Assembly: GCA_902523885.1 (NCBI GenBank)
Contig: CABZAV010000004.1
Span: 52,761 to 116,760 of the forward strand
Origin: an uncultured SAR86 cluster bacterium
GTDB lineage: Bacteria > Pseudomonadota > Gammaproteobacteria > Magnimaribacterales > AG-339-G14
Reading direction: 5' to 3'
Length of the DNA: 64,000 nt
Of this stretch, positions 57,979 to 64,000 are shown one piece after another. The translations under genes and the position numbers were made by a program. Position 1 is the first letter of the stretch, and every line of letters begins with the position of its first letter. The notes below the pieces were generated by a model. The model saw nothing but the letters and a program-made list of their open reading frames with translations. It searched no databases and was not told the origin of the DNA.

Positions 57979-58767
57979 CTATTTACCCTTCCAGTTCGGA
58001 AGTCTTTTTTCAGCGAACGCAACTGGGCCTTCAATAAAATCCTCACTGCCAAATAATTCTTTAACAGCCGAGTAGTGAGCTGTCATTGATTTTTCTAAAT
58101 CTGGCTCATTAAAGTTTTCGTAAGCAACTTGTTTCGTTGCTCTTATCGACATAGGCGAACACTGTTCAATTTGCTTCGCCCAATTTTTTGCTGCCTCGAT
58201 CAAATCATCTGGTTCAACAACTTCATTAACAAAACCTAATTTCATTCCTTCCTCAGCTGAAACATGTCTGCCAGTGAGCATCATCCCCAATGCGTTTTTC
58301 ATACCTATTTGTCTTGGCAGTCTTTGCATTCCTCCTGCTAGGGCAGCTAATCCTACTTTAGGTTCGGGTAGGGCAAATTTTGCATTAGTAGAAGCAACAA
58401 TTAAGTCACAGGCCAAGGCTATTTCAAATCCTCCACCCATTGAAACGCCATTAACGGCTGCTATTAAGGGTTTGGTTAGATTGAATCTAGATGTTAATCC
58501 AGCAAATCCAGTTTGTGTAGACATTTCCATTTTTCCACCAGCTTGAGCCTGGAATTTAAGGTCGTTTCCTGCAGAAAATGCTCTGTCGCCAGCACCAGTA
58601 ACTATTCCTACCCATAAATCTTCATTTTTATCAAATTCGTTCCACACCTCATCGAATTCAGCATGTGCTGGCGGATGCAAAGCGTTCATTACTTCTGGAC
58701 GATTAATAGTAACAGTTAAGATATGTCCATCTATTTCAGTAGTTAAAAATTCAAAATCAGTTTTCAT
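57979..58767 (-). CDS. Enoyl-CoA hydratase/isomerase (crotonase) family protein
   Basis: GAGDRAFSAGNDLK and IAAVNGVSMGGGFEIALACD oxyanion-hole motifs. Confidence 0.9.
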   Translation of the reverse strand: MKTDFEFLTTEIDGHILTVTINRPEVMNALHPPAHAEFDEVWNEFDKNEDLWVGIVTGAGDRAFSAGNDLKFQAQAGGKMEMSTQTGFAGLTSRFNLTKPLIAAVNGVSMGGGFEIALACDLIVASTNAKFALPEPKVGLAALAGGMQRLPRQIGMKNALGMMLTGRHVSAEEGMKLGFVNEVVEPDDLIEAAKNWAKQIEQCSPMSIRATKQVAYENFNEPDLEKSMTAHYSAVKELFGSEDFIEGPVAFAEKRLPNWKGK

Positions 58768-58894
58768 ATTCTCTCCCTTTAAAATTGGATGTTTATATTA
58801 ATAAAGGTTACTGACCGAGTCCATAGAGAACCCATTACTTTATTTTTTTTTAGAAACTGTAATAATGCCCAACGATATATTTTTAGGAGAAGAA

Positions 58895-59662
58895 ATGGAT
58901 ATAAATGACAAAGTAGCAGTAATAACTGGCGGAGCCTCAGGTCTTGGATTAGCTACCGCTAAATTGCTTAAAGACAAAGGAGCAAAATTGATGCTTTTGG
59001 ATTTAAATGAAGATAACGCGAAGGCTGCTGTAGATGAGCTTGGCGATGTAGCTGATTACTCAATCACAAATGTAATAGAAGAAGAAAGCGTGAAAGCCGC
59101 TGTTGATAAAACTGTCGAAAAATTTGGTGCTGTAAATATATTGGTCAATTGTGCAGGTATTGGTAGCGCCAGTAAGACTGTAGGAAGAGACGGCCCTCAT
59201 CCTTTGGATTATTTTAAATTAGTGCTTGATATTAACCTCACAGGAACTTTTAATGCTATTAGATTAGCTGCCGATGCAATGGGCAAAAATAAGCCCGAAG
59301 CTGATAACGAATGTGGTGTGATTATTAATACTGCGTCAGTAGCAGCTTTTGATGGCCAAATAGGTCAAGCAGCTTATAGTGCAAGCAAAGGGGGAGTGGT
59401 AGGTATGACTTTACCTATTGCCAGAGATTTGGCCCGAATGGGAATTAGAAATAATACCATCGCTCCTGGAATTTTTGATACGCCACTGATGGCTATGGCA
59501 TCCGATGAAGTAAGAAAACCTCTAATAGAAATGACCCAATTTCCAAAAAGATTAGGTTATCCTGATGAATTTGCAAAATTGGTTGCTCAAATAATTGAAA
59601 ATCCATTCTTAAACGGAGAGACAATTAGACTTGATGGCGCTATAAGAATGCAGCCTAAGTAA
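58895..59662 (+). CDS. 3-hydroxyacyl-CoA dehydrogenase type-2-like SDR
   Basis: Start at the ATG preceded by [23 protein letters not shown] and [14 protein letters not shown] motifs. Confidence 0.88.
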   Translation: MDINDKVAVITGGASGLGLATAKLLKDKGAKLMLLDLNEDNAKAAVDELGDVADYSITNVIEEESVKAAVDKTVEKFGAVNILVNCAGIGSASKTVGRDGPHPLDYFKLVLDINLTGTFNAIRLAADAMGKNKPEADNECGVIINTASVAAFDGQIGQAAYSASKGGVVGMTLPIARDLARMGIRNNTIAPGIFDTPLMAMASDEVRKPLIEMTQFPKRLGYPDEFAKLVAQIIENPFLNGETIRLDGAIRMQPK

Positions 59663-59741
59663 CAAGATTTTTATAACAAGAAATTAGAAGACAAGTAGGC
59701 TTCTAAATGGTAATTTTTATTAAATTCTTCCGGAGAGATTT

Positions 59742-60227
59742 ATGGTATTTAAAAATTTAAATTTACTTGTTTTATCGTTATTTATCATTGCTGCTTGTGG
59801 AGGCGGTGGAGGTGGAGGCCTTGACTATTCTCCGCCTGCTGGTTGTTCTCCTTCTTCAACTAATTTATGCATTACTGTAAATGCTAATAGAAAATATGTT
59901 GTTCAAAATAGCTCCTCTGCTGGAGAACCTCAAAAAGCTTTAACACTCAGCGCTGGTACTTATGTTTTTGATCAAACCGATTCTTCAAATTCTGGTCATC
60001 CTCTTTTGATTTCTACAACTTCTGATGGAACATGGGGAGGCGGCACAGCCTATAATACTGGCGTTACAGTAAGCGGTTCTAAAACCACAATAGTAGTTGG
60101 CGCAGGGACTCCTACTACACTTTATTATTATTGTTCAAACCATTCTGGTATGGGAGGCACAATCACCACTTCTACAGGACCTACCGGAGCTGTTTCTGGT
60201 CAGGTCGAATTAGTCGAAACAACTTAA
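59742..60227 (+). CDS. Small lipoprotein with a cupredoxin-type (type-1 copper) ligand set
   Basis: Lipobox IIAAC followed by a G7 linker. His in SGHPLLIS lies 45 residues before YYYCSNHSGMGG (Cys-x2-His-x2-Met), matching blue-copper spacing. Confidence 0.6.
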   Translation: MVFKNLNLLVLSLFIIAACGGGGGGGLDYSPPAGCSPSSTNLCITVNANRKYVVQNSSSAGEPQKALTLSAGTYVFDQTDSSNSGHPLLISTTSDGTWGGGTAYNTGVTVSGSKTTIVVGAGTPTTLYYYCSNHSGMGGTITTSTGPTGAVSGQVELVETT

Positions 60228-60241
60228 AACCTATAAATATT

Positions 60242-63232
60242 ATGTCTACAAAAAAACTTTTATTTTTAATCTTATTTTTAACTTCACCATTATCATTTTC
60301 TACAGATTATACGGACGACGCGAGTAAAGTAGATTTTTACGTGCCTGGTGTTTTGGCAAATGATGGATTGCAAATGGTAAATTTTCTGCTTTGTTTTATG
60401 GAAAGTACAAACTTTTCAACCTTTATTGGAAAAGGAAAATATGCAGCTTTAGTCGACGAAGCTGTTTGTGAGAATGCCAGTGGAGCAGACGGAAATTCAG
60501 ATGCCGCCTCTGCAACAGGAGGTTCAGCGAACTCTTCAGCTTCTGGTGGAGCTGCAAATGAAATATCCACTTCAAAATATACTTACGGCATTTATCAAAA
60601 CGAAGTCACCGGAAATTCTGCAACAGGCATAGGGTGGATCAATTTACTCATGGAAATGGGCGCAAATAATACAGTTGTCAAATCAACTGCATCTATCTCT
60701 ATTGATATTAAAGAAGATAAAAGTGCTACCAACGAATATGGAACTTTCACTCTAACTTATGAAATAAGAAACGATGTAGATTTTGCACATGAGGGAGGTT
60801 TTAATGTTGCTGCCAATACTATTTTATCATTAGGGTTTCTAGATGTAAGTGGAACTACCATTAAATATATTGAGCAGCCACTAGGTTATCCACTGCGAAG
60901 TATTGTCGGAAATCTAGCAGAAGCAAATAATCAGCAGGGTTATATTGTTACCAATTTAAGGGCAGATCAAGCTTCAGGACCCCCTAGAATATTTGCAGTA
61001 CATCACAAAGTTAATTTTAATGAATCGACTGGGCTATACTGTCAAAAATATATGAAAGGTCAAGAATATTCATTCAATATAGCGAACGCTGCTACCGCTG
61101 GAGGCACTTCAGCTATTGGTGGCGAGTTAAATGACGCCGCTATGAATACCATAATTACAACTGCCCAAAACGCAAATCTTTATGTTGACACAGCAGGTGG
61201 ATCAGCCTCCACTATAGTTTCAGAAAATTGTTGGGATACTAGATCTTCTGAGGCAAAAAGGATTGTTTATGAATATGGTACTTATAAAAAGTCGGACGAA
61301 TCAAGATATGATCTAGATACACCTTCGTTAAATTTACGTGCTGACGCTAATAACAATCCAGGGGCAAATCTAACAAGACCGATTTATGCCCACGCAAGTT
61401 ATTGGGGTACTCATGTAAATCTAAGAGACAGAGCAACTTTAGAAGCCAATCCTGACTTAAGTTTTAAAAATCAACGTAAAACTAACGACACGAATGTCTA
61501 TAAGCTTACAAAAGATTATATTGAAATTGAAAGAAGGGAGAAACAAACAGGGCCTTTGATTGGTATAGATGGCACGCAATTTCAATGGTACATAAAAGAC
61601 TACTCACCAGCATGGCAAACCAAACTGCAGGCTTTGGATTCCACTAATGGAATAACAGCTATTGGAACCTGCACTGCTGCAGGTGGCTGTCCTGAATACA
61701 AAGGAGTAGTTACTGTGAGTAATGGGGTTGTGACTTTCACATTGACTCATGGCATGGATTGGGACAAAGCTCAGCCAGTAGATGTGAAGCTCACTAATCC
61801 GATAACATTTACCAATACAGCTTGGGTGAACAACATGATTATTGGTTCGTGGAGAAGGGGTATGCATTTTTGGAGTCGTGAAACCAATTCAGGTTACAAC
61901 ATTCCCTATACTGCTATGCAAAATCCTTCAAGCAATGCAGCACTCAATCATTATTCAACTTCTATTGTGACTAAATTGACTCTGGATCAACTTCTTACTG
62001 AATTACCAAATCCAAACCAGCTATATTGCATAAGAGAATGTTTGGCTGCAGCTGCACTCAATACGGCTTATGCTGGAGCTGTGACAGAATACAATAAGGA
62101 TCAATCTGGTAATGGTGATTATTCCAGCAATAATCTCCCTTTTTCTCCTTATTATGAGTTGGGTCCTTATTACAAAGAAAATGCTTATTTTGATCAATCT
62201 GGTAATGGCGATTATGAAAACGGAGAGCCACTATATTTAAAAGGAAGTCACAAACACATTGGTGGATCTAAAACAACAGAGATGGCTCAGTATACTGTTT
62301 CACTCAATGGTATTTATGGAATGGGTCAAGCAGATCAAGGATATATTAATTGGACTAATAGCAACCAAGCTGCAATCGATGGAGAGCAATACCGAGATAA
62401 ATTGAGAGAATATAAATATTACGACAAACCCGCTGCATATTACACATCAGGATCGCATGATAATACCCGTGAGTTTGGGTATGCTTTTTCAATGGAAGCG
62501 GTTAGTGTTACCGATATAAGTTTTCTCGAGTGTGATGACGATGGAGCGAACTTTCATGGGTACAATCAACACATTCGCAATGTGTCTAATAACGCCCAAG
62601 TTGATACAAGTGGAACCACTACTAAATATTATTGTCCTTGGAAAATGGATGAAGCTCCTAAGTCATATCGCATAAAAATTAAAAAAAGTCCAAACTACAC
62701 GGTTACTACTGGAGCGACAGTCGCAACAATTAGTCCACCTGAAATTTATGAATACGTTGTACCAGAGGGGCTGACTTATAATTTTGCAGGCACTAATATG
62801 ACAGGAGAAAAAATAAGGCTTAAATTCGAAGGATTTGGCTCTTTGCACAATTTACCTGGTCGCGTCTATGACCATTGTACCGATACGGAACATGGAAGGT
62901 ATTACCGCGGTCCATGGGATTCTTGTAAACGTTTCGTCCATGAATTTATTATTCCTGAGGGCTCAGAAATTACTAAAGTTGGAGGTACTGCTGCTGATAC
63001 CTTAAAAATTAGGCCATTAAAAGGTGATGAATATATCAAGGCCCTTACTAATCTCCCTACGAATAGGCTTAATTACAACCAAGAAGAATCCACATTGCCT
63101 CAAACTTCTAGTTTCAAAAATCTTGGACTTGTTGGTGGTCCAGATTATATTGGGGCAGTTCCCACAACTGATATCTTTAACAATGGGGAACCTGCAGTCA
63201 TACATGGGGAAACCATAGTACCTCCACAATAA
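60242..63232 (+). CDS. 996-aa exported protein, no family recognised
   Basis: Start at ATG 60242 gives signal peptide MSTKKLLFLILFLTSPLSFS. There are 16 Cys, a Gly/Ala/Ser-rich linker and two DQSGNGDY calcium-loop-like motifs. Lies 14 nt downstream of the cupredoxin-like gene. Confidence 0.7.
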   Translation: MSTKKLLFLILFLTSPLSFSTDYTDDASKVDFYVPGVLANDGLQMVNFLLCFMESTNFSTFIGKGKYAALVDEAVCENASGADGNSDAASATGGSANSSASGGAANEISTSKYTYGIYQNEVTGNSATGIGWINLLMEMGANNTVVKSTASISIDIKEDKSATNEYGTFTLTYEIRNDVDFAHEGGFNVAANTILSLGFLDVSGTTIKYIEQPLGYPLRSIVGNLAEANNQQGYIVTNLRADQASGPPRIFAVHHKVNFNESTGLYCQKYMKGQEYSFNIANAATAGGTSAIGGELNDAAMNTIITTAQNANLYVDTAGGSASTIVSENCWDTRSSEAKRIVYEYGTYKKSDESRYDLDTPSLNLRADANNNPGANLTRPIYAHASYWGTHVNLRDRATLEANPDLSFKNQRKTNDTNVYKLTKDYIEIERREKQTGPLIGIDGTQFQWYIKDYSPAWQTKLQALDSTNGITAIGTCTAAGGCPEYKGVVTVSNGVVTFTLTHGMDWDKAQPVDVKLTNPITFTNTAWVNNMIIGSWRRGMHFWSRETNSGYNIPYTAMQNPSSNAALNHYSTSIVTKLTLDQLLTELPNPNQLYCIRECLAAAALNTAYAGAVTEYNKDQSGNGDYSSNNLPFSPYYELGPYYKENAYFDQSGNGDYENGEPLYLKGSHKHIGGSKTTEMAQYTVSLNGIYGMGQADQGYINWTNSNQAAIDGEQYRDKLREYKYYDKPAAYYTSGSHDNTREFGYAFSMEAVSVTDISFLECDDDGANFHGYNQHIRNVSNNAQVDTSGTTTKYYCPWKMDEAPKSYRIKIKKSPNYTVTTGATVATISPPEIYEYVVPEGLTYNFAGTNMTGEKIRLKFEGFGSLHNLPGRVYDHCTDTEHGRYYRGPWDSCKRFVHEFIIPEGSEITKVGGTAADTLKIRPLKGDEYIKALTNLPTNRLNYNQEESTLPQTSSFKNLGLVGGPDYIGAVPTTDIFNNGEPAVIHGETIVPPQ

Positions 63233-63250
63233 TCTTTATAAGGTTATTAA

Positions 63251-63288
63251 ATATATAAAAACTTCTCGCAAGAGAAGTTTTTATATAT
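63251..63288 (+). terminator. Strong rho-independent terminator (17-bp perfect stem, GCAA loop)
   Basis: ATATATAAAAACTTCTC-GCAA-GAGAAGTTTTTATATAT, read directly. Confidence 0.85.
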
Positions 63289-63300
63289 TAAATTTTCAAT

Positions 63301-63558
63301 ATGAGTGATGATGATTTGAATAGAATTATTGAAATGGCATGGGAGGATAGAACTCCTTTCGATGTTATTTATAAAGAATTTGATATCACCCAAAACGAAT
63401 TAGAGCGCTTGATGAGAAATAATTTAAAGCCTAGCAGTTTTAAACTTTGGCGCAAAAGAGTCTCAGGTAGAAAAACAAAACATGTTGCAAAAAGAAGCAA
63501 CCAAATCGATAGGCATAAGTGTGAGAGACAAGGAAAACTTGTTAGCAAAAGAAGATAG
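63301..63558 (+). CDS. DUF2805/TIGR03643-family small protein
   Basis: IIEMAWEDRTPFDVIYKEF.I.....L....LKPSSFKLWRKRV matches my recollection of this family. Confidence 0.7.
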   Translation: MSDDDLNRIIEMAWEDRTPFDVIYKEFDITQNELERLMRNNLKPSSFKLWRKRVSGRKTKHVAKRSNQIDRHKCERQGKLVSKRR

Positions 63559-63832
63559 AATTGATTTGATTTATGAATCTTTAAGCAAAAAACTTCCAAA
63601 TACGTCTATTTCCAAAAATTCTGATGAAATCTCCATCAAGATAAACTCGAATAATCCAGATCCAATCGAAATATCAATTCAATCTATCGAGAATCAATAC
63701 AGAGTTACTTATTGGGATGGTTATGCAGTAAATGAGTTCTATGATTATTCAAACCTTAATAAAGCGTTAAAAAAATTTAACAAGTTTACTTTGAAGGCTT
63801 TTAATAATATTCAAAAGTTTGGAGTTAAATAG
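63482..63832 (+). CDS. Hypothetical protein (start uncertain)
   Basis: ORF only. The ATG start overlaps the previous gene by 77 nt. In-frame TTG codons at 63539 and 63566 are alternatives. Confidence 0.35.
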   Translation: MLQKEATKSIGISVRDKENLLAKEDRIDLIYESLSKKLPNTSISKNSDEISIKINSNNPDPIEISIQSIENQYRVTYWDGYAVNEFYDYSNLNKALKKFNKFTLKAFNNIQKFGVK

Positions 63833-64000
63833 AGTTTAAGAATTCTTTTATATGCGATCCTATCTCATCTGGAGAATGTTCCTGAATAAAATGATTACCC
63901 TTCACGGACACTTCTTTTAAGTTATTCCAGCTTCGCACAAATTCTCGTTGGTCGCCGATTAAAATAGATCCAGGTTCAGCATTTATAAATAGTTTAGGGA
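63825..64000 (-). CDS. Haloalkane dehalogenase (LinB/DhaA-like), C-terminal 57 codons; 5' end beyond window
   Basis: Not in the ORF track. The hand translation of the minus strand is PKLFINAEPGSILIGDQREFVRSWNNLKEVSVKGNHFIQEHSPDEIGSHIKEFLNSI*. It is nearly collinear with the LinB C-terminus (PKLFINAEPGAL...AHFIQEDSPDEIG), including the catalytic His. Confidence 0.85.
   Translation of the reverse strand, partial: PKLFINAEPGSILIGDQREFVRSWNNLKEVSVKGNHFIQEHSPDEIGSHIKEFLNSI

Noticed and set aside
60131-60241. 37-codon upstream extension of the 996-aa ORF, overlapping the 3' end of the cupredoxin-like gene.
   Set aside because: The extension is basic and aromatic with no signal peptide (MFKPFWYGRHNHHFYRTYRS..). 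A textbook signal peptide starts at ATG 60242.
1-64000. CRISPR arrays, IS elements, rRNA genes, prophage or known defence/toxin-antitoxin modules.
   Set aside because: No regularly spaced direct repeats, terminal inverted repeats with a transposase, or diagnostic protein motifs were seen in any frame. The largest intergenic gaps are under 300 nt.

Overview
This is a tightly packed, AT-rich bacterial chromosome segment. G+C counts on single 60-nt lines give about 27-33% in most genes. The left third has core gammaproteobacterial synteny: tig-clpP-clpX-lon-hupB-ppiD, fabI, mltD-gloB / rnhA-dnaQ-gltX. After a tRNA-Ala(GGC) at 21689-21764, the remaining ~42 kb is dominated by catabolic and accessory genes. 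These include two TonB-dependent receptors, two cytochrome P450s, an arylsulfatase-containing aromatic ring-cleavage operon, several acyl-CoA ligase/SDR/crotonase/thiolase genes and a CBS/CGL reverse-transsulfuration pair. They also include a kexin-like S8 lipoprotein protease, two blue-copper-type proteins, a 996-aa orphan exported protein and a LinB-like haloalkane dehalogenase cut by the window end. Gene content and streamlining fit an oligotrophic marine gammaproteobacterium (SAR86-like), but this is inference only. I found no rRNA, CRISPR array, transposase, integrase, phage gene or recognisable defence or toxin-antitoxin module. None of the observations below is a proven novel system. 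The candidates most worth a second look are: (1) a two-gene exported module, cupredoxin-like lipoprotein plus a 996-aa protein with no family I can name (59742-63288); (2) a receptor-linked sulfatase/ring-cleavage locus carrying the same 6-3-6 palindrome at two promoter positions (30174-40892); (3) a propeptide-less kexin-like protease followed by an overlapping ORF whose C-terminus looks like a detached I9 propeptide (25042-27571); (4) a five-ORF P450/Sir2 unit flanked by unannotated mini membrane ORFs (27595-30181). All family calls come from motifs read by eye; no database search was possible.
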